Shown here one piece after another: positions 7,953-17,863 of a stretch of 34,382 nucleotides of DNA (the stretch's first letter is position 1; the number at the start of each line of letters is the position of its first letter). The stretch comes from an uncultured Spirochaetales bacterium (lineage in GTDB: Bacteria; Spirochaetota; Spirochaetia; SZUA-6; CAZLRN01). The notes beneath the pieces were generated by a model. The model worked only from the letters and a program-made list of their open reading frames with translations, was not told the DNA's origin and did not search any database. The stretch is from the NCBI GenBank assembly GCA_964561715.1, contig CAZLRN010000003.1, positions 1-34,382 on the forward strand. Reading direction: 5' to 3'. The translations under genes and the position numbers were made by a program.

Positions 7953-9344
7953 TTATCTCTTCAGCGTCAACAATTCCTGCAGCATCTGGTCGGATGTCGT
8001 AATGGTTCTTGAATTGGCTTGAAATCCTCTCTGGGTAACGATCATGTCTGTAAACTGCTCGGCCAGATCAACGTTGCTCATCTCCAGGGTTCCGGCTATC
8101 ACCTTGCCCTTTCCGGCCACTCCGGACTCTCCGATGTTGGCCTCCCCGGAGTTGTTGGAGACAACGTAGTTGTTCTCGCCCGATTTCTCGAGTCCCCCTG
8201 GATTCGTGAAGGTGGCGAGGGCGATTTGACCCAGAGTACGGTTTGTTCCGTTTGAATAGACGCCGGTAATAACGCCAGTCTGGTCGATCTTGAAGGATTC
8301 CAGATACCCCATGGGGCACCCGTCCTGGGTGGTCATCTTTGTAGAGCTCTTCTCAGCAAACTGAGTTATGCTATCCTGATAGCTGCCCACCGTTCCCAGA
8401 CGCAAGCTAAAAGTTTGTCTATAAGCAGCCCCAGCCACCTCCTCGGCCTCTGGTACGTCGAAGGCGACAGGGATCTGCAAATCCCCTGCGTTACCCAAAA
8501 CGTTCAAATCTGAATCGAGCACGGACTCGAGAGCACCCAGATTGTCGAAATCGAGATAGAAGACGTTTGGCTCTGCTGCAAGACCCCCGGCCACATTAGT
8601 ATTTGTAGGCACTGTGGAATCCGGATCAACGGCAACCTCGGCTCGCCAGCGGTTGGCTATTTCATCAACCCGGGTGAAACTTACCTCCAATTTATGGGCT
8701 CTTCCAAAGGAATCGTAGACATCGAAAGTCGTCGTCCAGGTTCCCTCGATAGCTGCCAGCGATTCGGGATCAGCCCCGGGGGGTATGACCGCGGTGCGCT
8801 TGTCCAGATTAGAAGCGAAGGTTACGACAGTGGTCGCCTTTGCAGGATCCTTGCTACCCACGGGAATAACGAGATCCTCCAGGTCAGCCGCCGTATTGAC
8901 GTTGGTGACCCCACCAATCGTCTCCGCAATCCATCCCTGAACCTTCATACCGTTAGCCGGATTGACGAGATATCCGTCCTGGTCTAGACCGAAGGCTCCG
9001 GCTCTAGTGAAAAGCTCTTGCTCGCCTGATTTGAGAACGAAAAATCCATTTCCCTGAATGGCCATATCGGTCATGACCCCGGTTGTCTGGAGGGAACCCT
9101 GGGTGTGAATGGTATCGATGCTCGCTATCATCATGCCCAGACCGATTTGCTTGGGATTAACTCCACCAACCTCGTCGGTCGGTTTCGCTGCGCCTGCCAT
9201 TGTCTGGGAGATGAGATCCTGAAAGTTGACCCTGCCTTTTTTGAATCCCGTTGTGTTGACGTTGGAAATGTTGTTTCCAATGACGTCCATTCGAACCTGG
9301 TGATTCTGTAGTCCGGAAACACCGGAATAGAGAGATCGCATCAT
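7953..9344 (-). CDS. flgE: Flagellar hook protein FlgE
   Basis: [59 protein letters not shown]; 463 aa, spirochete type. Confidence 0.98.
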   Translation of the reverse strand: MMRSLYSGVSGLQNHQVRMDVIGNNISNVNTTGFKKGRVNFQDLISQTMAGAAKPTDEVGGVNPKQIGLGMMIASIDTIHTQGSLQTTGVMTDMAIQGNGFFVLKSGEQELFTRAGAFGLDQDGYLVNPANGMKVQGWIAETIGGVTNVNTAADLEDLVIPVGSKDPAKATTVVTFASNLDKRTAVIPPGADPESLAAIEGTWTTTFDVYDSFGRAHKLEVSFTRVDEIANRWRAEVAVDPDSTVPTNTNVAGGLAAEPNVFYLDFDNLGALESVLDSDLNVLGNAGDLQIPVAFDVPEAEEVAGAAYRQTFSLRLGTVGSYQDSITQFAEKSSTKMTTQDGCPMGYLESFKIDQTGVITGVYSNGTNRTLGQIALATFTNPGGLEKSGENNYVVSNNSGEANIGESGVAGKGKVIAGTLEMSNVDLAEQFTDMIVTQRGFQANSRTITTSDQMLQELLTLKR

Positions 9345-9793
9345 CGGTTTGCCCCCTGGTCGATACTGACTGATTCTACGCTCGACACATCGTAATATTT
9401 TCCGTTAATCAGTATCTGAGGATAGTCCCCTCCGCTAACCTCCTCTACTGTTCCTGTCTCTGTTTGAGTCCCGTTCATCACGGTCACGATCTTTCCAAGC
9501 AACGAGTACGCTTGGCCGCGACCGACTAGATTCGCTACCTGCGCCATGTCCTCGCCAATATTCATCATCTGTTCGAGAGCCGAAAACTGGGCCATCTGTG
9601 CGATGAACTCTCTGTCTTCCATGGGCTTCGTGGGATCCTGGTTCGTGAGCTGAGTGATGAGCAGCTTAAGAAAGTCATCCTTATCGAGAACCTGCTTTGT
9701 CTGTCTCTGCCCATTCACACTTTGGTTGAAAAGCTCTACGGATTTCTGCAGTTTGGTATACTGTTCTGGCGATAACAGCGCGGATATATCCAT
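9341..9793 (-). CDS. flgD: Hook cap/assembly protein FlgD
   Basis: [41 protein letters not shown]. Confidence 0.97.
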   Translation of the reverse strand: MDISALLSPEQYTKLQKSVELFNQSVNGQRQTKQVLDKDDFLKLLITQLTNQDPTKPMEDREFIAQMAQFSALEQMMNIGEDMAQVANLVGRGQAYSLLGKIVTVMNGTQTETGTVEEVSGGDYPQILINGKYYDVSSVESVSIDQGANR

Positions 9794-9807
9794 TCATCCT
9801 CCCTCGG

Positions 9808-11334
9808 CTAAACGGTAATGTTGACCAGCCAATCATCAGATAGATACTCATCCTGAATCGACGTTGTGTCCTCGAACTCCTGGGCAGCGGAGAAGGATGG
9901 TACCGCCACTTCCTTCTGCTGGTTTCGCTCGTTTCCGCCGCTTACGAAGACCTCTAACGAGCTCGATGCAATACCTTCCCTCTGCAAGGCTTGATTCAGG
10001 TTCTGTAGATTGGACTCGAACATCTCCTTTACAGTACTATTTTCGACAATTATTCGACCCTCTATATGATTATTGTTGAGAGCAAGCCGGATCCGGACTT
10101 GCCCCAGACTTTCGGGCTTTAAAATCAGCCTCAGCTCCCCTTGACCGTGATCCTTTAAAATGATGCTTGAACTCCGCACCACCTCGTTCTGAAGCGCTTC
10201 CTTGAACCTCGCAATAACACTTGCCCTCTTGCCCAAGTCGCCTCCGGCAATTCGCTCAGATTGAAATCCTTCCTTCAAATCCTGGATTGCAGCTCTGGCA
10301 AACAAACGAGTCTCTGGGCTGCTGGATTCCGCTGCGTCTCTCCTCTGTATGTCCTTAAAATCCGCGCCCAACCTCCGCAATTCTGCCTTTGCGCCCGCAT
10401 TTCCTTCGACCGAGCTCATCACCCGAGATCGCGTTTGGATTGCCATAGCCTTTAGAAGAGAGGTCCGAGTATTTGAGCCAGACTCCGCAAGATCGGGTAT
10501 ATCAACACTTCGATCGCTTAGGCGGTTCGATCTCAAATCTACGACCACCAGCTTACCGGCATGCAATCCCCCGTTCAGATCTGTTTCGGAGCTTCCCCCC
10601 TTGGCGCCGACCATCCTAACCAAGCCATGGGCATTGGGGTTGCGATGGAAGGTAATAGCATTGCCTGAGTTTTTCTCTTTGCCGGGGCCGTCTTTTCGAT
10701 TGCCTTGATCAACTCTCTGAGCATCACCGCCACGAGCGGCTTCCCCCAATTGATTCAATACTCCGGACAACTCGACCAGAGAGCTCCTCTTCGGGTGGGT
10801 GCGCTTTGTCTGATGTGCAGAGGCGGCGGTATCGTCCCTCGGTCGGTCCGCGTTCGAGGCACTCTTGCGGCCTACACTCTGGGACTTGCCCGAACGCGTG
10901 GCCGAATCGGCAGCTAGGGCTCTGTCCGCAGCCTCACCGCCGATCCTCTCGCCAATCGATCTCGCATCACTCTGAATAGCTGCATCCTGACGCCTGTCAT
11001 CCAAAGCGCTAGAATCCGATTGTGCTCCTTTATGCGCAGATTCTTCTAACCTCTTCGGCTTCGTGAAATCTGCATCGAGAGCGCCTTTGGAGTAGACTTC
11101 TTTGTCCAAAGGCCCCCCCGTGGATATTTCCGTTCCCATAGCTGTCCCGTCAGGGATTTCAATAGCGCTTAATGATTGCAGGACTGAGTTTTCTGGTGTT
11201 TCGAGTTTAGATTGCAGCAGAGTGAAAAATTGAGAATCCAGCGAATAGCTTTCGGCAGCGGCAGGTGCACGCGTAGAAAAAGCCAATCTCGCGTCAGTCT
11301 CGAAGTGATTGGTATCGATCAAAGGTAAATGCAC
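9808..11334 (-). CDS. fliK: Hook-length control protein FliK
   Basis: Long low-complexity N-terminus; C-terminal T3S4 domain (GELRLILKPESLGQVRIRL...); lies upstream of flgD. Confidence 0.9.
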   Translation of the reverse strand: MHLPLIDTNHFETDARLAFSTRAPAAAESYSLDSQFFTLLQSKLETPENSVLQSLSAIEIPDGTAMGTEISTGGPLDKEVYSKGALDADFTKPKRLEESAHKGAQSDSSALDDRRQDAAIQSDARSIGERIGGEAADRALAADSATRSGKSQSVGRKSASNADRPRDDTAASAHQTKRTHPKRSSLVELSGVLNQLGEAARGGDAQRVDQGNRKDGPGKEKNSGNAITFHRNPNAHGLVRMVGAKGGSSETDLNGGLHAGKLVVVDLRSNRLSDRSVDIPDLAESGSNTRTSLLKAMAIQTRSRVMSSVEGNAGAKAELRRLGADFKDIQRRDAAESSSPETRLFARAAIQDLKEGFQSERIAGGDLGKRASVIARFKEALQNEVVRSSSIILKDHGQGELRLILKPESLGQVRIRLALNNNHIEGRIIVENSTVKEMFESNLQNLNQALQREGIASSSLEVFVSGGNERNQQKEVAVPSFSAAQEFEDTTSIQDEYLSDDWLVNITV

Positions 11335-11376
11335 GATTCCTTCCTAAGTTACCTCTACTCTGCCAAAAGCCAACGG

Positions 11377-12015
11377 CTAATTGATGATGACCTTTCCCAT
11401 CTTCCGTGTCAGCTCAGCGCCTCGCTCCGGTGGCATGAGAGAGAGCCAGTAGGGCACGAGGGAGGATTCTCCCTGCCTGTTCGCAATCTCATCCGCCATT
11501 CGGAAGATATCAATAATGTCCATGTCGCTTTCATATTCCAGCATCACGGCCACCGCTTTTTCGGGAGGCATTCCCAAAAAATAGGCCACCTTCTTTTCAA
11601 GATTCACAATTCTATTTTCGTAAATATTGATACGTTCATTAAACGATTTTTCCCGCTCTTCGAGAGCCTTTTCCTTTTCTGCAAGCTCTTCTTTTATCTG
11701 ATCGAGCTCCGATTCTCTCTGTGCGATTTCTACCTCTCTCTTCTCAAGCTCTTCGGCCATGATCGAGAGGGCCTCCTTCTGCGAGCTCAGCCTTTTTCTC
11801 TCCAGCAGGAGCGGATCCTCCATATCTACGATAGGCGCCCGCTTTTTCATGCCCAACAACTCGAGCACTGGTGTGACAATGGGATCGAGATATTCCCTTG
11901 CATCGATCAAATTGAGATAGTCGAACCAGAGCACTCCCCCCACCAACAGAACAAGCACGAGCAGAAGGAGAGCAAACACGCGCAAACCCGCACCGATTAC
12001 TCCGTATCGTGTCAT
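11377..12015 (-). CDS. flbB: Periplasmic flagellar collar protein FlbB
   Basis: TM segment with WFDYLNLID, coiled coil, GMPPEKAV, SLVPYWLSLMPPERGAEL; lies between fliJ and fliK as in spirochetes. Confidence 0.88.
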   Translation of the reverse strand: MTRYGVIGAGLRVFALLLLVLVLLVGGVLWFDYLNLIDAREYLDPIVTPVLELLGMKKRAPIVDMEDPLLLERKRLSSQKEALSIMAEELEKREVEIAQRESELDQIKEELAEKEKALEEREKSFNERINIYENRIVNLEKKVAYFLGMPPEKAVAVMLEYESDMDIIDIFRMADEIANRQGESSLVPYWLSLMPPERGAELTRKMGKVIIN

Positions 12016-12016
12016 A

Positions 12017-12472
12017 TCAACGCCCCCCCATCACATTAAATCTTGCTGCACGCCCAGTAGTTATATCATCGGCAGTTCTAAATTCCTCTTTCTTTTGCTC
12101 TCTGTAATAACCGCTCTCCTTCTTTTCACGAAGCTTTTCGAGGACCTTGCGATCCCTTGATACCTCCAGATACTTTTGGTTAATCTCGTCTCTCTCCTTC
12201 TCTCTGAGTTCCAGCTCCGTTTCGAGAGTCCCAATTTCGTGATCCAATCGGCTCAGGTACAGCTCAGCAGCATACAACGAGCTAAGATCGAGCCTTCCCC
12301 CTGACATGTGCCGTCCTCTTATTGTTTGCACAATGTTATGCCGGTTCTGCTGAATCTTCTGGTTGATCAAGAGACACCTACCTGTAATGGTGGCCAGCTT
12401 CAGCTCCCACTCTCTCTCCCTGTAGCGCCTCAGCTCCAGAAGTCTGTCCAACCTGAAGTGAAATCGTTTCAC
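12017..12472 (-). CDS. fliJ: Flagellar export protein FliJ
   Basis: MKRFHFRLDRLLELR...DRKVLEKLREK coiled coil; directly after fliI. Confidence 0.92.
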   Translation of the reverse strand: MKRFHFRLDRLLELRRYREREWELKLATITGRCLLINQKIQQNRHNIVQTIRGRHMSGGRLDLSSLYAAELYLSRLDHEIGTLETELELREKERDEINQKYLEVSRDRKVLEKLREKKESGYYREQKKEEFRTADDITTGRAARFNVMGGR

Positions 12473-12476
12473 CCGA

Positions 12477-14003
12477 CTACTCCGCTCTCCCGTTATTCTG
12501 TTTGTACTGCTCGATTGCGGAATTAACGGACTCTGCTGCCGGATTGCCTATTCCACTTGTCTCTTCGTCTGCCGTTTCGACTGCTACTTCGTCTGCAGGC
12601 GGCTCGGCTTCCGCTTGGGATTCCTCGATCGTCATCGGCAAAGCTTCATCCGCCTCTTCAGGACTGCCGGAACGCTCTTCCGATAACGGTATTTCCATTT
12701 CAGCGATTTCACCCAATCTCTTGATCGTCTGCCGCATCTCCGATTTCTCAGCGATTCGCTGAATGAGAAAGTCGTTGATCTCGCTCATCTTGTCTATCGC
12801 CCGATCGATCTCCGGATTGCTGCCCTTCACGTAGGCGCCTACATTGATGAGGTCCTCCGCTTCCGCATAAACAGCAATCAATCTCTTGACGAACCCTGAG
12901 GCCTTCTCGATTTCCGGTGAGTTGATCACCGGTGCAAGCCTCGATATCGAATCCAGAACATCCACAGCGGGATAGTGATTTCTGTTGGCCAGTCTCCTCG
13001 CCAATACCACATGACCATCTAAAATCCCCCTGACAGCGTCCGAAACCGGTTCATCGAGATCGTCACCTTCTACCAGAATGGTATAGAAACCGGTTATGGT
13101 TCCCCTATCGGACGTTCCGGCACGTTCGAGCAGTTTCGGCAACTGGGAAAAAACGCTAGGCGTAAAACCCCTATTCGCTGGTGGCTCTCCTATGGCCAAT
13201 CCGATCTCTCGGCTTGCCCGGGCAAAGCGGGTTACCGAGTCGAACATCAACATCACATCCTTTCCCTGGTCTCTGAAATATTCAGCTATCGCAGTTGCCA
13301 CGTAGGCTCCTCTGATACGGGAGAGAGGTGGTTTGTTGGAAGAGGCTACGACAATCACGCTACGAGCGAGGCCCCCTTCACCCAGATCGTTTTCGATAAA
13401 ATCTCTAACCTCCCGACCACGCTCACCGATCAGAGCTATAACATTAACATCGGCCGATGTATTGCGGGCGATCATACCGAGCAGTGTGGACTTTCCAACA
13501 CCGCTGCCGGAAAAGATGCCCATACGCTGGCCCTTGCCCACGGTCAGGAGAGCATCTATCGATCTGACCCCCGTAGCAACCTTTTCCGTTATCCTCTTAC
13601 GCTTTAGAACATGGGAGGGGGTATTGAATATCGAAACCCATTCCGATGAGCCGACATCGCCCTTGTCATCGATTGGTTTTCCTAGAGCATCCAAAACTCG
13701 CCCCAGAAGCTTGGTGGAGACCGGCACGGATAGCGGTTCGCCCATAGCGATGACGATACATCCGACCTCTATGCCCTCCATTTCGTCAAAGGGCATGAGC
13801 TGAACGACTTTTTCCCGCAATCCAACGACCTCGGCCCAGACAACCTTGCCGCCCTTTGGAACGATTATCTGACAGAGCTCGCCGACAACAGCTACAGGTC
13901 CCTGGCTCTCAATGAGGAGACCTTGAACCTTCTGAACGACTCCGGTGTGTTTTATGGGATCTAAACGTTCGAGAACTGATGTGTACTTGTCAAAGACGCC
14001 CAT
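12477..14003 (-). CDS. fliI: Flagellar export ATPase FliI, with acidic C-terminal extension
   Basis: Walker A SGSGVGKST, LIGERGREV, MFDSVTRFA, ILDGHVVL. Confidence 0.97.
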   Translation of the reverse strand: MGVFDKYTSVLERLDPIKHTGVVQKVQGLLIESQGPVAVVGELCQIIVPKGGKVVWAEVVGLREKVVQLMPFDEMEGIEVGCIVIAMGEPLSVPVSTKLLGRVLDALGKPIDDKGDVGSSEWVSIFNTPSHVLKRKRITEKVATGVRSIDALLTVGKGQRMGIFSGSGVGKSTLLGMIARNTSADVNVIALIGERGREVRDFIENDLGEGGLARSVIVVASSNKPPLSRIRGAYVATAIAEYFRDQGKDVMLMFDSVTRFARASREIGLAIGEPPANRGFTPSVFSQLPKLLERAGTSDRGTITGFYTILVEGDDLDEPVSDAVRGILDGHVVLARRLANRNHYPAVDVLDSISRLAPVINSPEIEKASGFVKRLIAVYAEAEDLINVGAYVKGSNPEIDRAIDKMSEINDFLIQRIAEKSEMRQTIKRLGEIAEMEIPLSEERSGSPEEADEALPMTIEESQAEAEPPADEVAVETADEETSGIGNPAAESVNSAIEQYKQNNGRAE

Positions 14004-14040
14004 ATCCCCTCCCAGGTATGTGGCTTTTAAAAGAGCAGTA

Positions 14041-14130
14041 TATCCAGACCCGCTTCTTAGCGGGTTACTGGAGAATTGCGTCCTCGCAATTTCTCCTAAA
14101 TCCAGACCCGCTTCTTAGCGGGTCTGGATA
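14041..14130. repeat. Composite palindromic element: two 24-bp direct repeats around a 34-bp hairpin, with 13-bp terminal inverted repeats
   Basis: ATCCAGACCCGCTTCTTAGCGGGT at 14042-14065 and 14100-14123; ends TATCCAGACCCGC / GCGGGTCTGGATA; internal hairpin GGAGAATTGCG-TCCT-CGCAATTTCTCC. Confidence 0.9.
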
Positions 14131-15020
14131 GGCATCATCTCCAATACTCGTTCCTCGATATCCTTGAGTTGAGAGGATATCCTCGCATCGATCTGCCCGA
14201 AATCGGTCTCTATGATGCATCCTCCCCTGTCCACAGAGGAGTCTTCCAAAACCGTAATGGATTTCACGTTCTCGATCCGATCCATGAAGTCTCGAGTATG
14301 ATCCGTTGTGAGCTGTAGGTCGGCGAGATTGACTCGAATCACCACGTCTCCCCGGCTTTTGAGCTTCCGAAGCGCCTGTATCACATTGTTGATGACAACA
14401 TTCCTCTGATTCTCAGATATGACCTTTATCACCTTGTTTGCAATAAGCAGAACCATATTGATGAGCTGCGTTTCCGAATCTTCGATAATTTGATTCCGTT
14501 TTTCGATTGCTTTGGTGATGATCGTGTGGAGCTGCTCGACGAGTCGGTTGACCTCTTCCGAACCGCTTTTATAGCCCTCTTCATGGCCTTCGGCGTAGCC
14601 CTTGTCCCGCGCTTCTTTCTCGATCTGGCTCATCGAATCCTGTGCCTTGGCTTCGATTTCTTCAGCGTTTCTTTTGGCCTCGTTTATGATCCGCTCAGCC
14701 TCTGTCTCGGCCTCCTGCCTTATCTTTTTGGCTTGGTTATTTTTGTTCTTGACCTCATCGAAGGCGACTTGCTGCGCTTTTTTTACGATTCGATCCGCCT
14801 CTGCATGAGCACCGGCGATCATCTCGGCTTTTTCTTTCTCCCACTCTCTCTTAAAATCCTCCGCCTCTCTGCGGAAATCCTCCGCTGTGGGTCCTTCATA
14901 TTCCTCTTCGGGAGCAGCTTCGAGCTCCTCTGGCTCCTCCTCTACTGGCGACGGAGGCTGTATAAACACTTTTCTCGAGAGGTTTATAACTTCAGTCGGC
15001 CGAAAAACATGCTTCGCCAC
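14115..15020 (-). CDS. fliH: Flagellar assembly protein FliH
   Basis: Glu/Ala-rich coiled coil, GxxxG repeats (GYAEGHEEGYKSG), GGCIIETDFGQIDARI. Confidence 0.96.
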   Translation of the reverse strand: MAKHVFRPTEVINLSRKVFIQPPSPVEEEPEELEAAPEEEYEGPTAEDFRREAEDFKREWEKEKAEMIAGAHAEADRIVKKAQQVAFDEVKNKNNQAKKIRQEAETEAERIINEAKRNAEEIEAKAQDSMSQIEKEARDKGYAEGHEEGYKSGSEEVNRLVEQLHTIITKAIEKRNQIIEDSETQLINMVLLIANKVIKVISENQRNVVINNVIQALRKLKSRGDVVIRVNLADLQLTTDHTRDFMDRIENVKSITVLEDSSVDRGGCIIETDFGQIDARISSQLKDIEERVLEMMPIQTR

Positions 15021-15029
15021 GGTACTCTC

Positions 15030-16118
15030 CTACACCACCATCTCTTCCTCGCCAGCCCGAGCTACAACGATCTCTCCCTGTTCTTCGAGCTTGCGGATAA
15101 TGGATACGATTTTCTGCTGTGCTTCCTCCACATCTTTCAGACGAATCGGCCCCATGTAGTCCATGTCTTCTTTGAGGAGAGTGGCAGCTCTCTTTGACAT
15201 GTTTCTATAAATCTTGTCCTGTACCTCTGAATCCACGGCCTTGAGTGCCTTTGCGAGCTCTGCTGTATCAACCTCTCTCAAAACCTTCTGAATGGCTCGA
15301 TCGTCGAGAAGAACTATATCTTCGAATACGAACATTCTCTTCTTGATCTCTTCTGCCAGCTCCGGATCATCCTCTTCGAGAGATTCGATAATGGTTTTTT
15401 CTGTTGATCGATCAACCAGGTTAAGTATATCGACGATGCTCTCGACTCCTCCTGCAGCCGTATAGTCCTCGGAGGAGAGGGTAGAGAGCTTTTTCTCCAG
15501 CACCCGCTCCACTTCGCGAAGAATCTCAGGTGAGGTTCGGTCCATTGTAGCTATTCGCTTGGCGACATCTGACTGTATCTCGTGAGGCAGGCTGCCCAGT
15601 ATGACCGAAGCCTTCTGAGGTTCCAGATAGGCTAGAATGAGAGCGATCGTTTGGGGATGCTCCTGCTGAATAAAGTTCATAAGATGGGCCGGATCGGTTC
15701 TTCTGATGAAATCAAAGGGCCTGACCTGCAATGAGCTTGTCAGTCGATTGATAATATCGACGGCTTTCTGAGGTCCCAAGGATTTTTCCAGCAGCTCTCT
15801 GGCATAGTCAATTCCACCTGTAGAGATGAAATCCTGAGCCATCATCAACTCCTGGAACTCCATCAACACCTGATCCCGGTCTGCCGGTTCAATACTCTCA
15901 AGTCTCGCTATCTCGAAGGTCAGCTGCTCTATCTCATCCTCACGCAGGTGCTTAAAGATCTCCGCAGATATCTCGGCTCCGAGGGTAACGAGGAAAATTG
16001 CGGCTTTCTGTCTACCGGTAAGCTGCCTTCTCGTGCTACTGCCCCCGGACCTCTTCGCTGTGGTTGGCGTGGTCGCAACCGCAGCCGCATTAGCTGATCC
16101 TGCTCCGGCTTTTGCCAT
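15030..16118 (-). CDS. fliG: Flagellar motor switch protein FliG
   Basis: LTGRQKAAIFL, GGIDYARELL, EHPQTIALILAYL, MFVFED, MSKRAA. Confidence 0.98.
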   Translation of the reverse strand: MAKAGAGSANAAAVATTPTTAKRSGGSSTRRQLTGRQKAAIFLVTLGAEISAEIFKHLREDEIEQLTFEIARLESIEPADRDQVLMEFQELMMAQDFISTGGIDYARELLEKSLGPQKAVDIINRLTSSLQVRPFDFIRRTDPAHLMNFIQQEHPQTIALILAYLEPQKASVILGSLPHEIQSDVAKRIATMDRTSPEILREVERVLEKKLSTLSSEDYTAAGGVESIVDILNLVDRSTEKTIIESLEEDDPELAEEIKKRMFVFEDIVLLDDRAIQKVLREVDTAELAKALKAVDSEVQDKIYRNMSKRAATLLKEDMDYMGPIRLKDVEEAQQKIVSIIRKLEEQGEIVVARAGEEEMVV

Positions 16119-16121
16119 AGC

Positions 16122-17834
16122 TTACTCCTCCATCAACCAGGTTCTAATAAGCTGAGCCACATCTTCGGGATGCTCCCTGGCCATATTAACGGCATTTTCC
16201 TGCATTTCGGTCCGTGCTCGTTCCTCGATGGACATTTCGACTTCCATTCCCGCCTCTTCGGCGCTTCTGAGCGCCGCCTCACGCATTGCAGCGTGCTGCC
16301 TGGCCAATTCCTCTTCCTTCTCGCGTCGCTTCCTTTCGAGGTACTTTGTCAACATCCTGAGAACGATCGCAATGATAAGTATAGCGACAATTCCGAGGAG
16401 AATCCAGAAAACGGCCTGTCGGATCTGTTTCGCCCGGCGGAAACCGTCGTCTTCCGCTTTGAATTGCTCCCTTCGATCCTTCTGAAGATGCCGGACCGTC
16501 ACCGAATCGCCTCGTTCCTGGCTAAATCCTATAGCATCTTTTACCAGCGCCGCGACAGTCGCGAGCTCCTCCGGGGAGACTGGAATGTACTCCCTATCTA
16601 TGCTCCCGTCCAGAAGGAACATCACATTGCCCTTTTCATCATACTTCCAACGCCATATGCCGTCAATGGCGATACCAACGCTGATCCTCTTGATAGCCCA
16701 GGGGCGCTCCTCCCTCTCCGTGTTTTTCTCATTGATCGCCTCGTTTTTAATGTTCGACGATTCCTTGAGGTGTCCGACAAAGTTTGACAGATCCTTGTAG
16801 TCAGGTGGAGTCTGACCCTCCTGACCCGGCGGGCCCTCGGGGTTGATGCCGGTGCCCTCCCACTCTCGATCCTTTTCTTCGGACGAAAGCGTGGTCGAAG
16901 CTACAACCTCCGATTCGTCAAAGGGGGTCCGGGGATTGTCCTTTCTGATCGTGATTGGGAAATACTCCTTTGTTTGGCTTTTCTCACGGCTCATATCCAG
17001 GTCTATCTCGAGCTTGAGGATCTCGATTCGATCAGCAGTGTAGAACTCTTCCAAGGCGACAAGGACTTCTCGCTTGTAAGCCCGCTCTAGCTCTGCCTTC
17101 TGTTTCAATTCCCGCTTAGCCATCTCGAGCCTGTCCATGTCTTCCAGGCCTTCGAAATCGTTGAGCTGCAGGCCAAACTGGTCGGTTATAACGATATTGT
17201 CATCCTGCAGTCCTGCTATGGCAAACTTTACGAGCTTCTGAATTCCCTCAATCTTTTTTCGATTCGATGCGATATCGGAACCGGGTTTCGGCGTCAGCTG
17301 TATCGATGCAGTGTAAGGCTTCTGATCTTCGGTGAATAAGGTATCCTCCGGTAGATCGATTATGACCTGTACAGCATCGATATCATCGAGAGCCAAAATG
17401 TGCTGCTCGAGGTTCTTCGTGATAGCTCGCCTCAGGTTGATCTTTCGCTCGAAATCGGTGAGGGTCCATCGATCGATGTCGAATATCTCCCATGGGTCAG
17501 TCTCAGTGGGGATAAGATCCTCTCTGATCAAGATAGATCGAACCCGTTTGGCTATCTGGTCATCGGTAACGAGAATCATTCCATCGGCTCTGATCTGGTA
17601 CTCTCCTGGAATCTCTTCGTCTAGCTTGAGCACAATACGGTCCATGAGCTGCTCATCCTTGATGGGAGTGCCCAGAAGAGGTATCGCAGTGGGGCGAGAG
17701 CTAAAAATTGCCAGAAGGACTATGGCCAGAACTGAAATCCCGACTACAGAGAAAAGAATGATCTTCTGCGTGGGTGACCATTTTCCCCAAAGCTCCTTTA
17801 TCTGATTAACCAGTCTACTCAACCATTCGTTCAT
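16122..17834 (-). CDS. fliF: MS-ring protein FliF
   Basis: Two TM segments, RGDSVTV, C-terminal PEDVAQLIRTWL; ATG at 17834 after a GGGAGGGG SD. Confidence 0.95.
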   Translation of the reverse strand: MNEWLSRLVNQIKELWGKWSPTQKIILFSVVGISVLAIVLLAIFSSRPTAIPLLGTPIKDEQLMDRIVLKLDEEIPGEYQIRADGMILVTDDQIAKRVRSILIREDLIPTETDPWEIFDIDRWTLTDFERKINLRRAITKNLEQHILALDDIDAVQVIIDLPEDTLFTEDQKPYTASIQLTPKPGSDIASNRKKIEGIQKLVKFAIAGLQDDNIVITDQFGLQLNDFEGLEDMDRLEMAKRELKQKAELERAYKREVLVALEEFYTADRIEILKLEIDLDMSREKSQTKEYFPITIRKDNPRTPFDESEVVASTTLSSEEKDREWEGTGINPEGPPGQEGQTPPDYKDLSNFVGHLKESSNIKNEAINEKNTEREERPWAIKRISVGIAIDGIWRWKYDEKGNVMFLLDGSIDREYIPVSPEELATVAALVKDAIGFSQERGDSVTVRHLQKDRREQFKAEDDGFRRAKQIRQAVFWILLGIVAILIIAIVLRMLTKYLERKRREKEEELARQHAAMREAALRSAEEAGMEVEMSIEERARTEMQENAVNMAREHPEDVAQLIRTWLMEE

Positions 17835-17863
17835 TTCCCCTCCCAATTGAAGAACGCTGGCGT

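Noticed and set aside
11335-11400. Possible sigma28 promoter upstream of fliK
   Set aside because: The best match (TCAA...GCAGAGTA) has a poor -10 and wrong spacing.
14042-14123. Mini-CRISPR reading of the 24-bp repeat / 34-bp spacer / 24-bp repeat
   Set aside because: Only two repeats, one overlapping fliH codons; the spacer is itself a hairpin related to the 17.9 kb element; no cas genes or leader.
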